Assembly: GCA_902634185.1 (NCBI GenBank)
Contig: CACPJC010000003.1
Location: forward strand, 32,369 to 96,368
Direction of reading: 5' to 3'
Origin: an uncultured Candidatus Actinomarina sp.
GTDB taxonomy: Bacteria > Actinomycetota > Acidimicrobiia > Actinomarinales > Actinomarinaceae
DNA: 64,000 nt
Positions 19,066-31,268 of the stretch are shown in pieces. Within the stretch, counting starts at the first letter, position 1; each line of letters opens with the position of its first letter. A program made the position numbers and the translations under genes. Below the pieces are notes generated by a model. That model had not been told where the DNA came from and ran no database searches. It was given only the letters and a program-made list of their open reading frames with translations.

Positions 19066-20922
19066 TTATCCTCGACTGAATGCGGACCAGCCCATCAATG
19101 ATGCCATCTTTTGTTCTGGAAGCATTGGAACATATCCCACTGCTGGGACAATTGCATCCATTGCTACGAAATAAAAGTCAACAAATTGACGAACTTGAGA
19201 CATTCCTTTTGCAGCTTCAGCTACATAAATGAATAGCGGACGTGCTAGGAAGTAATTTCCTTCAAAAGCTGCTTCTGGTGGTTGACAACCATCACCTGCA
19301 TCAACTTCAACAGCAGTTAGTTTATCTTTGTTCTCTTCATAATATGCGAGTCCAAAGTATCCTAATCCACCAGCTGATCCTGCGACACCGTTTACGAGAA
19401 CGTTGTCATCTTCAGATGCTGTATAGTCTGATCGACTTCCACCTGCGTCTTCTGTAAGCTCTTCATTGAAGAAGTCAAATGTACCTGAGTCTGTACCTGG
19501 ACCATATAGGTCTAGTGCAACATCAGGGAAACCTGCTCTAACATCTTTCCAGTTTGTTATTGTGCTATCTGCACCCCAGATTGATGTTAATTCAGCAGTT
19601 GTTAAACATGTTGCCCAGTCATTTGATGTTGGAACAACAACAGAAAGTGCATCGATACCTACTTGAATTTCAAGGTATCCAACACCATTTTCTTCACAAA
19701 GTGCTTTTTCTTTATCTTTAATTGGACGTGACGCGTCTGAAATCATTGTCTCACCTGGACAGAATTTCTTGAATCCTCCACCAGTTCCTGAAACACCGAC
19801 TGATATAGCTACATCTGAATGAATAGCTGTAAACTCTTCAGCAACGGCTTGTGTTACAGGGAACACTGTCGATGAACCATCAATAAGAATTTCTCCACTG
19901 AGGGTTGAATCGCCAGATATAACCTGCCAGTATTCTAATTGTCTATCAGCTGCATCTGGCAACATTGGTATGTAGCCAACAGCTTCAACAATTGGATCAA
20001 GTGAGTCAAAGTAAAAGTCAACGAAAGCTTTGATTACAGGATCTTTTGCTTTAGCATCATTTACATATATAAATAATGGTCTTGCTAATCCATAAGTTCC
20101 TGAGAAAGCTCCTTCAGGACCTATACATCCTTTTCCTGCATCAACTTCAACAGCAGTTAGTTTATCTTTGTTCTCTTCATAATATGCGAGTCCAAAGTAT
20201 CCTAATCCACCAGCTGATCCAGAGACACCGTTTACGAGAACGTTGTCATCTTCAGATGCTGTATAGTCTGATCGACTTCCACCCAAATCTTCAGTTATTT
20301 CTTCATTGAAGAAGTCAAATGTACCTGAGTCTGTACCTGGACCATATAGGTCTAGTGCAACATCAGGGAAACCTGCTCTAACATCTTTCCAGTTTGTTAT
20401 TGTGCTATCTGCACCCCAGATTTTTCCTAATTCTTCAACTGTTAAACATGTTGCCCAGTCATTTGATGTTGGAACAACAACAGAAAGTGCATCTACACCG
20501 ACTTGTAGTTCAGTGAACTCTGTGCCACCTTCATAACAGAGATTTCTTTCTTTATCTTTGATTGGTCTTGAAGCATCAGATATATCTGTTTCTCCAGGAC
20601 AAAATTTCTTGAATCCTCCACCGGTTCCTGACACACCTACAGATATTTCTACACCTGGGTTAACTGCAGTAAATTCTTCTGCTACAGCTTGTGTAATAGG
20701 GAAAACAGTTGAAGATCCGTCGATAAGTATTGATCCAGTTAAGCCTGCATCACTACTACCACTATCAGAAGCTACAGTTGTTTGACTACTGGCTGTTTCC
20801 TCCGATGTTGTTGGTTCTTCACTTTCTTCTGAAGAGGTATCATCATCTCCACCACCACAGGCAGCAAGAACGAGAACCATCACAAGAAGTAAAGACCAAA
20901 ACTTAGATCTTGATCTAATCAT
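19066..20922 (-). CDS. pstS: phosphate-binding lipoprotein PstS, tandemly duplicated (two PBP domains in one 618-aa chain)
   Basis: Lipobox LVLAAC. Two consecutive full PstS domains, each beginning IDGSSTVFP(I/V)[10 protein letters not shown]...[19 protein letters not shown]...[11 protein letters not shown] and ending ...PLFIYV. Confidence 0.85.
   Translation of the reverse strand: MIRSRSKFWSLLLVMVLVLAACGGGDDDTSSEESEEPTTSEETASSQTTVASDSGSSDAGLTGSILIDGSSTVFPITQAVAEEFTAVNPGVEISVGVSGTGGGFKKFCPGETDISDASRPIKDKERNLCYEGGTEFTELQVGVDALSVVVPTSNDWATCLTVEELGKIWGADSTITNWKDVRAGFPDVALDLYGPGTDSGTFDFFNEEITEDLGGSRSDYTASEDDNVLVNGVSGSAGGLGYFGLAYYEENKDKLTAVEVDAGKGCIGPEGAFSGTYGLARPLFIYVNDAKAKDPVIKAFVDFYFDSLDPIVEAVGYIPMLPDAADRQLEYWQVISGDSTLSGEILIDGSSTVFPVTQAVAEEFTAIHSDVAISVGVSGTGGGFKKFCPGETMISDASRPIKDKEKALCEENGVGYLEIQVGIDALSVVVPTSNDWATCLTTAELTSIWGADSTITNWKDVRAGFPDVALDLYGPGTDSGTFDFFNEELTEDAGGSRSDYTASEDDNVLVNGVAGSAGGLGYFGLAYYEENKDKLTAVEVDAGDGCQPPEAAFEGNYFLARPLFIYVAEAAKGMSQVRQFVDFYFVAMDAIVPAVGYVPMLPEQKMASLMGWSAFSRG
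19262..20420 (-). repeat. near-identical DNA duplicates inside pstS (19262-19580 vs 20102-20420)
   Basis: Stretches of more than 200 nt are almost identical, e.g. ...tgcatcaacttcaacagcagttagtttatctttgttctcttcataatatgcgagtccaaagtatcctaatccaccagctgatcc... in both copies. Confidence 0.75.
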
Positions 20923-20974
20923 GGATTTCCTTTCTTTAATTTAATTAAATTAACAATGGTAAGAGTATTTTGTA

Positions 20975-20996
20975 AAAGTAAACGCAAAGTAAACGT
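20975..20996 (-). promoter_or_regulatory. candidate Pho box (two 11-bp direct repeats) upstream of pstS
   Basis: AAAGTAAACGC AAAGTAAACGT on the plus strand, equal to ACGTTTACTTT GCGTTTACTTT on the pstS strand. Sits 53-74 nt upstream of the pstS ATG. 11-bp phasing is typical of PhoP/RegX3/PhoB boxes. Confidence 0.35.
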
Positions 20997-21018
20997 TAAG
21001 CTTAAATATGTTTAAGTT

Positions 21019-21849
21019 TCAAATTAACTCAGTAGGTGAAAACCAATTTCCTCTATTAAATGCTAGGATATAACTTTCGTATCCAAGAAAGTCTTTTTGA
21101 TATTCTTCAGGGATATTGAATCCCCACCAATCTGTTTTAAATTGTGATCGATGAGCCTTCATAGAATTGATTTTATTTTCAATATACTTTGTTCCATCTA
21201 TTTCGACATCAATATCCTCATTATCACTTCCGATAGGATTAAATGCATTAAACTCATCTTCAGTTAATATTCCAGCCTCATACATTTGAGTTCGTCTTGC
21301 TTGAATTCTCGATTTTGACCACGCATTAAAATAAAGTCTTTCTGGAATCCATATGTCTTCTTCATCTTTTAATGGAAACTTATCTATATCACCAGCTGCA
21401 AAAAACGCAGCTGTTCCAACTCTATGTGTTTGAATATGATCAGGATGCCCATATCCCCCAAATGGATCATAGGTTATTAAAACATCAGGTTTATATTTTC
21501 TTATTTCTGTCACAAGCTTGCCCACAGGTCCAAAATAGTCTTGTCTCCAAAAACAATCAGGATCATTGTTCTCCTCTGTGCCCATCATTCCAGAGTCTTT
21601 ATATCCAAGCCATTCATATTCTTTTACACCTAGAGCATCTAAACTTTTTTCAAGTTCCTCTTTTCGCATTTCAGCCAATTTTGGAAATAACTCTTCTGGG
21701 TTTTCATAGTTATGAATTTCTCCAGCTGAACCATCAGTTGCTGTAACAACAACAACTCGATGACCTTCATCTGCATATTTAGCTAAGGTAACACCTGTTG
21801 ATACGCTTTCATCGTCAGGATGTGCGTGAAAAGCAAGAATTGTTGCCAT
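21019..21849 (-). CDS. PIG-L/LmbE-family N-acetylglucosaminyl deacetylase (MshB/Mca-like)
   Basis: N-terminal AFHAHPDDESVSTG is the PIG-L zinc-binding motif. 276 aa. Confidence 0.75.
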   Translation of the reverse strand: MATILAFHAHPDDESVSTGVTLAKYADEGHRVVVVTATDGSAGEIHNYENPEELFPKLAEMRKEELEKSLDALGVKEYEWLGYKDSGMMGTEENNDPDCFWRQDYFGPVGKLVTEIRKYKPDVLITYDPFGGYGHPDHIQTHRVGTAAFFAAGDIDKFPLKDEEDIWIPERLYFNAWSKSRIQARRTQMYEAGILTEDEFNAFNPIGSDNEDIDVEIDGTKYIENKINSMKAHRSQFKTDWWGFNIPEEYQKDFLGYESYILAFNRGNWFSPTELI

Positions 21850-22166
21850 TATTCGTCTGAGGTAAATGTCTTCTTTGCTAACTCTTGCCCGAGTTCGATG
21901 GCTTTATCATGATCACCGTCAATTTTTTCAACTAACTCACCAAGAACAATTACTTTTTCACCAGTAATTTGAAGTATTCCGCCAGAAATTGCAAAAGATG
22001 TTCTCTGATTATCATGCTCTATGGTTAACCCACCTGGAACTAATGTAGCTACGGTTGGTTCATGGCCTTCTAATATACCAATCTCTCCGTTTGGAGTTCT
22101 TGATATGACCATTGTTGCATCCCCTGTAAAGCAACTCTCCTCAGGAGAAACGACCTCTACATACAT
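21849..22166 (-). CDS. atpC: F1Fo ATP synthase epsilon subunit
   Basis: 105 aa immediately downstream of atpD. Epsilon N-terminal beta-sandwich sequence. Confidence 0.85.
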   Translation of the reverse strand: MYVEVVSPEESCFTGDATMVISRTPNGEIGILEGHEPTVATLVPGGLTIEHDNQRTSFAISGGILQITGEKVIVLGELVEKIDGDHDKAIELGQELAKKTFTSDE

Positions 22167-23585
<1,419 letters not shown>

Positions 23586-23596
23586 TTAGTTTCTCC

Positions 23597-24466
23597 TTAC
23601 CCGGCTAAAGCTTCCGCTCCACCAACAATTTCTGAAATCTCTGTTGTAATCTCAGCTTGTCTAGCTTGATTACTTTGTCTTGATAAAATCTTGATTAACT
23701 CTTCTGCGTTCTCGGTAGCAGCTTTCATTGCTCTCATTCGTGACGCATGCTCTGATGTTGAAGCATTCAGTAATGAAGAGAAGATTGTCGCATTTGTATA
23801 TTTTGGAATGATGTTGCTGAGAACCTGACTTGCTGAAGGTTCAAATGTATACCCACCAACTGACTCTATTTCTTTCGCTATCTGTTCTACTTCGAAAGGA
23901 AGTACTGTCTTATACAACGCCGTTTGAGTCATTGCAGATTTATATTCTGTGTAAACAATTTCAATTTGATTTGTTTTTCCATCATAGAATTCTTGTACAA
24001 GAGGTGTCATAATCTCTAGTGCATTCTCGAAATTTGGCTCATCAGTAATGCCCTCATAGTTTTGTTTAGGTTCAATATTTCTGTACTTAAAGTAACCATT
24101 TGCTTTTTTTCCAACGGTCACAATCTCAACTTTATTATTCAAGTTTTCATATTCAGCTTTTCTTACCTCAGCAAGTTTTAAAATATTGGTGTTATATGCA
24201 CCAGCAAGTCCTCGATCTGAAGTAATAACAACTAATGTTATTTTTTTTGTTCCTTCAACCGGTGGTGAACTTGGCATCTCTCCACTTCCTGTTAATTCCT
24301 CAACAATTTGTGAGAGTAGATTTGTGTAATTATTTGATGATGTAAGTCTTTGTTGTGCTTTTACGATTCTTGAAGATGCAATAAGTTCCATTGCACGTGT
24401 TATTTTCTTAGTGGATTTAACACTCTTTATTCTTCTATTTATGATTCGTAATTCAGCACTTGCCAT
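23597..24466 (-). CDS. atpG: F1Fo ATP synthase gamma subunit
   Basis: 289 aa. Gamma-subunit N- and C-terminal helices (ITKAMELIASSR...). Confidence 0.9.
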   Translation of the reverse strand: MASAELRIINRRIKSVKSTKKITRAMELIASSRIVKAQQRLTSSNNYTNLLSQIVEELTGSGEMPSSPPVEGTKKITLVVITSDRGLAGAYNTNILKLAEVRKAEYENLNNKVEIVTVGKKANGYFKYRNIEPKQNYEGITDEPNFENALEIMTPLVQEFYDGKTNQIEIVYTEYKSAMTQTALYKTVLPFEVEQIAKEIESVGGYTFEPSASQVLSNIIPKYTNATIFSSLLNASTSEHASRMRAMKAATENAEELIKILSRQSNQARQAEITTEISEIVGGAEALAG

Positions 24467-24469
24467 GGT

Positions 24470-25987
24470 TTATTCTTCTTTTTTCTCCAATGTACTTACA
24501 AAGGCTTCAACAGCTGTTTTTAATTCCTCTTCAGGTAATTCACCTGTTGTTTTTATTGAATTAATAACATCTGAATGTCTTGTTTTAACAAAATCAATCA
24601 AATCTAATTCGGTTTGAGGGATGTCAGCAGGATCAACTACATCTAAAAATCCCTCTGTTACTGCATAGAGTGAGATGACTTGCTCTTCCATTGGCACTGG
24701 TTGATATTGTGGCTGCTTTAATAATTCGACAACTCTTCTTCCTCTATCAAGCTGTGCTTGTGATGCAGCATCCAAGTCTGATCCAAACTCTGCAAAGGCC
24801 TCTAACTCTCTGAACTGTGCAAGGTTAATTCTTAAAGGTCCTGAAACTTTCTTCATAGCTTTAGTTTGTGCAGCACCACCCACTCTTGATACTGATGTAC
24901 CTGGGTTTACAGCAGGTCTAACACCAGAATAAAAGAGTTCTGATTCCAAATAAATCTGTCCATCTGTAATGGAAATAACATTTGTTGGGATGAATGCCGA
25001 TACGTCTCCAGCTTTTGTTTCTATGATTGGTAGCCCTGTAAGTGAACCGCCACCTAACTCTTCACTAACTTTTGCACAACGCTCTAATAGCCTCGAGTGA
25101 AGATAGAAAACGTCACCAGGATAAGCCTCTCTTCCAGGAGGTCTTCTTAGTAGAAGTGATATCTGACGATATGCGATGGCTTGTTTTGATAGATCGTCAA
25201 AAACAATTAATCCATGCTCACCGTTATACATCCAATGTTGGCCAATTGCTGACCCAGCATAAGGAGCATACATCTGCAATGCAGCTGCAGCTGAGGCGGG
25301 TGCGTTTACAATTACTACTTTATCTAGAACACCCTCTTGCTCAAATCTCTCTACTACTTCTGCAACAGTTGATGATTTTTGACCAATAGCAACATAGATA
25401 CATTTAACATCTGTGTCTTTTTGATTGATTATTGTATCAACTGCAACAGCAGTTTTTCCAATCTGTCTATCACCAATAATTAATTCTCTTTGTCCACGAC
25501 CAATTGGAATCATTGAGTCAATAGCTTTAATACCAGTTTGTAGTGGCTCCCCAACGGGTTGTCTTTCAACAACAGATGGGGCTTGAAGTTCTAATCGTCT
25601 TCGTTCAGTAAATTCAATAGGTCCTTTGCCATCAATTGGATTTCCTAGGGGATCAATAACTCTTCCCAAAAAGCCATCACCAACACCAATTGACAACACC
25701 TCTCCAGTTTGTTTTACAGGCATGCCCTCTTCTATGTGATTTGAGTCACCCATCAAAACAACACCGATAGAATCCTCTTCAAGGTTAAGTGCTACTCCAA
25801 CAAGTCCCCCTGGGAATTCAAGAAGCTCTGATGCCATAACATTTTCTAAGCCTTTAACTCTTGCTACTCCATCAGCTACCGCAGAAACGTAACCAACAAG
25901 ATCGTCTTTTACAGAATCCTGCCAATCACCTAGAGTCTCTTTTAATGAATCTGATATTTGTTTTGCATCAATATTAAATTCGCTCAA
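24470..25987 (-). CDS. atpA: F1Fo ATP synthase alpha subunit
   Basis: [12 protein letters not shown]-loop. 505 aa. Confidence 0.95.
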   Translation of the reverse strand: MSEFNIDAKQISDSLKETLGDWQDSVKDDLVGYVSAVADGVARVKGLENVMASELLEFPGGLVGVALNLEEDSIGVVLMGDSNHIEEGMPVKQTGEVLSIGVGDGFLGRVIDPLGNPIDGKGPIEFTERRRLELQAPSVVERQPVGEPLQTGIKAIDSMIPIGRGQRELIIGDRQIGKTAVAVDTIINQKDTDVKCIYVAIGQKSSTVAEVVERFEQEGVLDKVVIVNAPASAAAALQMYAPYAGSAIGQHWMYNGEHGLIVFDDLSKQAIAYRQISLLLRRPPGREAYPGDVFYLHSRLLERCAKVSEELGGGSLTGLPIIETKAGDVSAFIPTNVISITDGQIYLESELFYSGVRPAVNPGTSVSRVGGAAQTKAMKKVSGPLRINLAQFRELEAFAEFGSDLDAASQAQLDRGRRVVELLKQPQYQPVPMEEQVISLYAVTEGFLDVVDPADIPQTELDLIDFVKTRHSDVINSIKTTGELPEEELKTAVEAFVSTLEKKEE

Positions 25988-25988
25988 T

Positions 25989-26516
25989 TTACCTACTTTC
26001 TAAAACTGTTTTTATCTCTGAGATTTTTGAGGAAATCAATCCATCAAATGTTCTCTCACCAATACTTACGCTAAGTCCACCCAATACATCTGGATTAACT
26101 TCAACTTTTATTTCCACATCGGTGCCTAATTTTTTCTTGAGGGCACTTATTAAACTTTTTTCAGTTTTTGCATCTAATTCAACAGCTGAAACAACTTTTG
26201 CAACTGATGCCCCTCTTTTTTCAGCAATATAATTTGCGACCGAACTCTCGATATCAGAGAGGTTATCTCCAAAACCTTGAGATATTGTCAAGGTTATTAG
26301 ATCAAGAGTGAGTGGTAACACTCTTTTGTCGAGTAATGAATTAACTACCTCTATCTTCTTTTCAACAGGAATACCAAAATTTCTAAACACATCTAATGCT
26401 TCAGAGCTTTTTGAAAATGCATTGAAAACTTGGAGGATTTCATTTTCAACTCTTTCAGCATCTTTAGATGAAGAAATAATTTCAACAATTCCTTTTGAGA
26501 AAGAATCAACAGACAT
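25989..26516 (-). CDS. atpH: F1Fo ATP synthase delta subunit
   Basis: 175 aa. Operon position between atpF and atpA. Confidence 0.8.
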   Translation of the reverse strand: MSVDSFSKGIVEIISSSKDAERVENEILQVFNAFSKSSEALDVFRNFGIPVEKKIEVVNSLLDKRVLPLTLDLITLTISQGFGDNLSDIESSVANYIAEKRGASVAKVVSAVELDAKTEKSLISALKKKLGTDVEIKVEVNPDVLGGLSVSIGERTFDGLISSKISEIKTVLESR

Positions 26517-26520
26517 TTAC

Positions 26521-27057
26521 TTAATTCAACTCCTTAATAAACTTTTCAATTAATTTTTTTTGATCAGCTTTTGACATTGAAGAAGCTACTTTTTGAGAAA
26601 TCTCAAGAGATAGATCAGCTACCTCACTTTTTAACTCAGTTGAGACTCTTTCTTTTTCAGCGTCTGAGTCTGACTTTGCTTTTTCAATTATTGCTTCTGC
26701 TTCAGCTCTTGCTTCAGTTAAAACATCTTCTTTAAGTTTTTCTGCAGCTTGCTTACCTTCATCAATAATTTTTTGAACTTCTGCGTCAGCGTTTGAAACT
26801 AAAGCATCATATTCTTGCTTTGATTTCTCAGCTTCTGATTTAGTATCTTCAGCTTCCTTTATCTGTCCTTCTATTTCAGCAGATCTTTTATCAAGTGTTT
26901 CGTTCATGGCAGGTAAAGCCCACTTCCAAACAAAGAAAAATACTACTGCAAAAGCTACTACTCCAGCTACTAATTCTGAAGTTGCAGGCAGCAATAAGTC
27001 AACACCTGAGCTTGACTCTTCTGCTTCCGCTAAAAATGTATCCAAATAAAACATCAT
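26521..27057 (-). CDS. atpF: F1Fo ATP synthase b subunit
   Basis: Single N-terminal TM helix followed by a long charged helix. Confidence 0.8.
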   Translation of the reverse strand: MMFYLDTFLAEAEESSSGVDLLLPATSELVAGVVAFAVVFFFVWKWALPAMNETLDKRSAEIEGQIKEAEDTKSEAEKSKQEYDALVSNADAEVQKIIDEGKQAAEKLKEDVLTEARAEAEAIIEKAKSDSDAEKERVSTELKSEVADLSLEISQKVASSMSKADQKKLIEKFIKELN

Positions 27058-27059
27058 TT

Positions 27060-27275
<216 letters not shown>

Positions 27276-27279
27276 TTAA

Positions 27280-28086
27280 TTAATGCTCTGGATGCAGAGA
27301 CGTCTGTATATAAACTGCTGACAACAAAGTAAATATGTATGCCTGCAGAATAGAAACTATTAATTCAAAACCATATATTGCAAGACCTAATGTAAACCAT
27401 GCAAGACCAACAGGTGCTTTTGATACGATATACTCGCCTACTCCAGGTTGTACAACAAAGAAATATGCTGAAGCCAAGAGAAGACTTAACATTACGTGAC
27501 CCGCTACAAGGTTAGCAAATAATCGAACAGCTAAACTAAATGGTCTTACAAGTAGAACTGAAACTAACTCGATTGCGCCAACAAGAGGTTTTAAGGCTAC
27601 AGGAACTCCTGGTGGCCATAGTAAGTTTGTAAAATATTTTATTCCCTCTGTTTTGATTCCGACAAAAAGAAATATTACGTAGGTGATAAGGCTTAAGAAT
27701 AGAGGAAGTGCCATGCGAGATGTTACTGGGAAATTGATAAGTGGAGTGACCTCAAATAAGTTACCAACCAAGATAAACATAAATACTGAAATTAGATATG
27801 GTGTAAATTTCTCTCCACCTCGGCCAATTACACCTAGGGCTATTTCATCTTTCACGAAAGTAAAGATGCTTTCAACTACAGATTGAAGTCTTCCAGGAAC
27901 AACTGATTTTTTTCTAAGCCCAAAAAACATTAAAACTACTGGGATAATCGCAGCTAAAAGTATAAGAATTTCTGTTCGGGAGATATCAGAAGAACCAAAG
28001 TTCCCAAATTCGAACAAAGAGTTTACATTTTCAGGTTTGCAAACAACGTTGTTTATAAAATCACAAGTCTCAGCTGCTGTTATCAT
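27280..28086 (-). CDS. atpB: F1Fo ATP synthase a subunit
   Basis: RLFANLVAGH contains the essential Arg of subunit a. Confidence 0.9.
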   Translation of the reverse strand: MITAAETCDFINNVVCKPENVNSLFEFGNFGSSDISRTEILILLAAIIPVVLMFFGLRKKSVVPGRLQSVVESIFTFVKDEIALGVIGRGGEKFTPYLISVFMFILVGNLFEVTPLINFPVTSRMALPLFLSLITYVIFLFVGIKTEGIKYFTNLLWPPGVPVALKPLVGAIELVSVLLVRPFSLAVRLFANLVAGHVMLSLLLASAYFFVVQPGVGEYIVSKAPVGLAWFTLGLAIYGFELIVSILQAYIFTLLSAVYIQTSLHPEH

Positions 28087-28474
28087 TTGCCCAATCTAAG
28101 TCAGTGTCTTTTCTTTTAATTACCATAGCCATTTCTAAGAATAACATACTTAAAAACACGATTGGCACTGTCAAAGACATTGCCAATTCATCAATAGAAT
28201 ATAAGCTTCTCAGTAATAAGAGAAGTCCAAAAATGAAAATTAATCTGAATAAATATCCAAAAATTGCGGCGAAGTAATAGAAATTTAATGAGACTTTTGC
28301 TGCATATGACATGATGACTGCACCCAAATAAAATCCAATTGCAACAATTATTGATGACGCAAGAGATGTAACAAATGCATTTTGTGATCTAATTAAAAAA
28401 AGAAGTGGGCAAAGAATATAAATTATTGACGCCCTTTTAAGCATTCTTGTAGCTAGTACTAATTCAACATTCAT
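28070..28474 (-). CDS. small membrane protein upstream of atpB (AtpI-like candidate)
   Basis: 134 aa with about 4 TM helices, at the canonical atpI position. Overlaps the atpB start. Confidence 0.4.
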   Translation of the reverse strand: MNVELVLATRMLKRASIIYILCPLLFLIRSQNAFVTSLASSIIVAIGFYLGAVIMSYAAKVSLNFYYFAAIFGYLFRLIFIFGLLLLLRSLYSIDELAMSLTVPIVFLSMLFLEMAMVIKRKDTDLDWANDNSS

Positions 28475-28683
28475 TGATCTTGTTCAAGCTTTTTTGAAAT
28501 TTTCCACATTCTTCTGAAACCATCATAAATTCCAACAAACAAAAAGATGATAACTGTGTACGGCTCAAACCCGATAAAATTTTGGACAAGTAAACCCACT
28601 AACAGACCGCTAATTATTGAAGTTGAAAACGAACTTACTGGACCGTAGTCTTCTAAATTTAATTTTCTTCGATTGTTAGACAT
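28471..28683 (-). CDS. small 2-TM membrane protein (AtpZ-like candidate)
   Basis: 70 aa with two hydrophobic helices. Translationally coupled between glyA and the atpI-like gene. Confidence 0.3.
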   Translation of the reverse strand: MSNNRRKLNLEDYGPVSSFSTSIISGLLVGLLVQNFIGFEPYTVIIFLFVGIYDGFRRMWKISKKLEQDQ

Positions 28684-29938
28684 ATGGCTTGTATTGTGAA
28701 GCTAACTCTTTTACTTCATCTTTTAATTCATCAAGCTTGTTTGAATCTGATCTATTTTTTAGAATTTCTGAAATTAAATATCCTACTTTTGTTAATTCAC
28801 TTTCCTTCATTCCACATGTTGTTGCAGCTGGCGTACCCATTCTTATGCCTGATGTAACAAATGGTGATCTCTCATCAAATGGAATGGCATTTCGATTTAG
28901 CGTAATTCCCATTTCATTGAGTAAAATACCTGCATCTTTACCAGTTAGCTCTTCGTCAACACTGTTTGTATCAACTAATACAATGTGATTAGTTGTTCCC
29001 CCGCTTACAACTCTTAGACCTTCATTTATGAAAGAGTCAGAGAGTGCTGAAGCATTCTTTAAAATTTGAGCGGTATAATCTTGAAAATCTTTTGATAGTG
29101 CTTCTTTAAAGCAAACGGCCTTTGCTGCAATCTGGTTATTTAATGCTCCACCTTGTGCTCCTGGGAAAATATTTTTATCTACACCTTTTGCAAATTCCTC
29201 AGTTGATAAAATCATTCCACCTCTTGGACCTCTCAGTGCTTTGTGAGTTGTTGCAGTGACAACATCAGCATATTTCATTGGATTCTCAACAACCTTACCG
29301 GCAACAAGGCCAATAAAATGTGCGGCATCAACCATAAAATAAGCTCCAACTGAATCAGCAATCTCTCTAAAAGCCTTGTAATCAAGCTCCTGAGAATAAG
29401 ATGAGTATCCTGCAATTAGTAATTTTGGTTTTGTTTCCTCTGCTAATTTTGCAACATCATCCATATTGATCAATTCAGTTTCTTTATCTAATCCATAACC
29501 AACAAAGTTATACATTCTTCCAGAAAAGTTAACAGGAGAACCGTGTGTTAAATGCCCACCTTGGTCAAGAGACATACCCATAACGGTGTCACCAGCTTCT
29601 AGGAGGTTTAAGTAGACTGCCATGTTTGCTGATGATCCTGAATGAGGCTGGACGTTTGCATGATCTGCCTCAAATAATTCACATGCTCTGTCAATTGCGA
29701 GTTGTTCTATCTCATCAACAGTCTCACAACCCTCGTAATATCTTCTTCCTGGAAAACCTTCTGAATACTTGTTTGTAAGAATAGAACCTGACGCCTGCAT
29801 CACTGCCTTTGATGCAAAGTTCTCCGAAGCAATTAAATGTATATGTGAGTTTTGACGTGCTAAATCATTATCAATTAATGATGCTATCTCATTATCTGTT
29901 TCAAATAATTCAGTGTTTAATGCGCCAGTATTTTCCAT
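28676..29938 (-). CDS. glyA: serine hydroxymethyltransferase
   Basis: [12 protein letters not shown] and the [15 protein letters not shown]-Lys region. Confidence 0.95.
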   Translation of the reverse strand: MENTGALNTELFETDNEIASLIDNDLARQNSHIHLIASENFASKAVMQASGSILTNKYSEGFPGRRYYEGCETVDEIEQLAIDRACELFEADHANVQPHSGSSANMAVYLNLLEAGDTVMGMSLDQGGHLTHGSPVNFSGRMYNFVGYGLDKETELINMDDVAKLAEETKPKLLIAGYSSYSQELDYKAFREIADSVGAYFMVDAAHFIGLVAGKVVENPMKYADVVTATTHKALRGPRGGMILSTEEFAKGVDKNIFPGAQGGALNNQIAAKAVCFKEALSKDFQDYTAQILKNASALSDSFINEGLRVVSGGTTNHIVLVDTNSVDEELTGKDAGILLNEMGITLNRNAIPFDERSPFVTSGIRMGTPAATTCGMKESELTKVGYLISEILKNRSDSNKLDELKDEVKELASQYKPYV

Positions 29939-29947
29939 ATTTACACT

Positions 29948-30535
29948 TTAACAGTAACTTGGAGGCCATTTAAGTGGCCCTTGCCTTAAAATTTCCCCAC
30001 CTGTAACTCTAAAATCGACAACTGTAGATCCATCTCCATGGATTGATGATCCCTCTAAATAATATCCAATATTGTCTTTAAACATTTCATATGCCTCACT
30101 GTCGTTCTTTGCTTCTTCGTCGCCAGAGGTATTTGCACTTGTAACTGCCAGTGGACCAATTTCATTTAATAGTTGTATAGTTAGTTCATTATCAGGAACT
30201 CTTAATCCAATTGTGTTTGGATTTTTTGTACCGACACCATCAACATATTCTTCATTGGTTTCAACAACTGCAGTCAGAGGTCCTGGCCAGTAGAGATCTA
30301 CAATTTCAGGTACTTGTGTAACAAGATCAAGTTGTTGCAAATATGTGTATGAGGGAATAAGTAATGAGATAGGTTTTGAATCATCTCTTTCTTTTAATTC
30401 GAATAATTTTTCTACAGCTTCTTTAGAGTTTGGATTGACGCCTATACCGTAAACGGTTTCTGTGGGAATACCAACAACTTCATTTTTATTAATTGCATCT
30501 ATTGCTTGTGAGATATTATCGCCTTGCATAAACAT
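29948..30535 (-). CDS. tsaC: L-threonylcarbamoyladenylate synthase (Sua5/YrdC/TsaC family)
   Basis: VVGIPTETVYGIGVNP and KERDDSKPISLLIPS match the YrdC fold. Confidence 0.8.
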   Translation of the reverse strand: MFMQGDNISQAIDAINKNEVVGIPTETVYGIGVNPNSKEAVEKLFELKERDDSKPISLLIPSYTYLQQLDLVTQVPEIVDLYWPGPLTAVVETNEEYVDGVGTKNPNTIGLRVPDNELTIQLLNEIGPLAVTSANTSGDEEAKNDSEAYEMFKDNIGYYLEGSSIHGDGSTVVDFRVTGGEILRQGPLKWPPSYC

Positions 30536-31268
30536 ACCTATCTTTGTCTGCCAAGTCTTTAATTAATTCTACATCGTCATAGTTATTCAATAATTCAATT
30601 ACTTTCTGCCCAAATCTCTCATCAATCTCAAGAAATATTTCAAAGTCTTTGTATTCTTTATGATCAATTTGATTTATAAGGTTTTGAATAATGTTAATCC
30701 CGTCATTATCTCCACCATCAAGGGCATTTAAAGGTTCGTAATTAAGGACTTCCAAATCAAGAGTTTCAATTTCACTACTTGGTATATATGGTAAGTTTGC
30801 AATTATTAAGTCAAAATTATTACTACTTACTTCATTAAGGAGATCTGATTGGATGAATTCAATATTCATTCCATTGAGGGTTGCGTTTTCAGTAGCTAAT
30901 TGAATAGCAAAAGGTGAGATATCGATCCCTTTTACTTCAGCTTCTGGATATAAATGTTTCATCATCAGACTTATACAACCAGAACCAGTACCAACATCTA
31001 ATATGCTTTTTGGTTTTACAACCTTGTTTTTAATTATCTCGATCAAATACTCTGTTTCAGGTCTTGGAATTAATGCACGTTCATCTACTTTTAACTGGAC
31101 CGTATAAAAGGGCATGAATTCTTCAATATATTGAATTGGTTCGTGATTTAACCTGCGTGTAAGTAATGTTGAATATTCATTTTGATATTCTGTTTTACTA
31201 CCAGAGATTTCTTGAGCTTTTTGTTTTAACCTCTCAAGTTCATGATTTGGGATAGATTTTATATCCAA
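30516..31268 (-). CDS. prmC: release factor glutamine N5-methyltransferase
   Basis: SAM motif ILDVGTGSGCI. NLPY catalytic motif, a variant of NPPY. Directly downstream of prfA. Confidence 0.8.
   Translation of the reverse strand: MDIKSIPNHELERLKQKAQEISGSKTEYQNEYSTLLTRRLNHEPIQYIEEFMPFYTVQLKVDERALIPRPETEYLIEIIKNKVVKPKSILDVGTGSGCISLMMKHLYPEAEVKGIDISPFAIQLATENATLNGMNIEFIQSDLLNEVSSNNFDLIIANLPYIPSSEIETLDLEVLNYEPLNALDGGDNDGINIIQNLINQIDHKEYKDFEIFLEIDERFGQKVIELLNNYDDVELIKDLADKDRYVYARR

Noticed and set aside
21372-21746. 124-aa plus-strand ORF
   Set aside because: Antisense to the PIG-L deacetylase gene, low-complexity Leu/Gln-rich, no start context.
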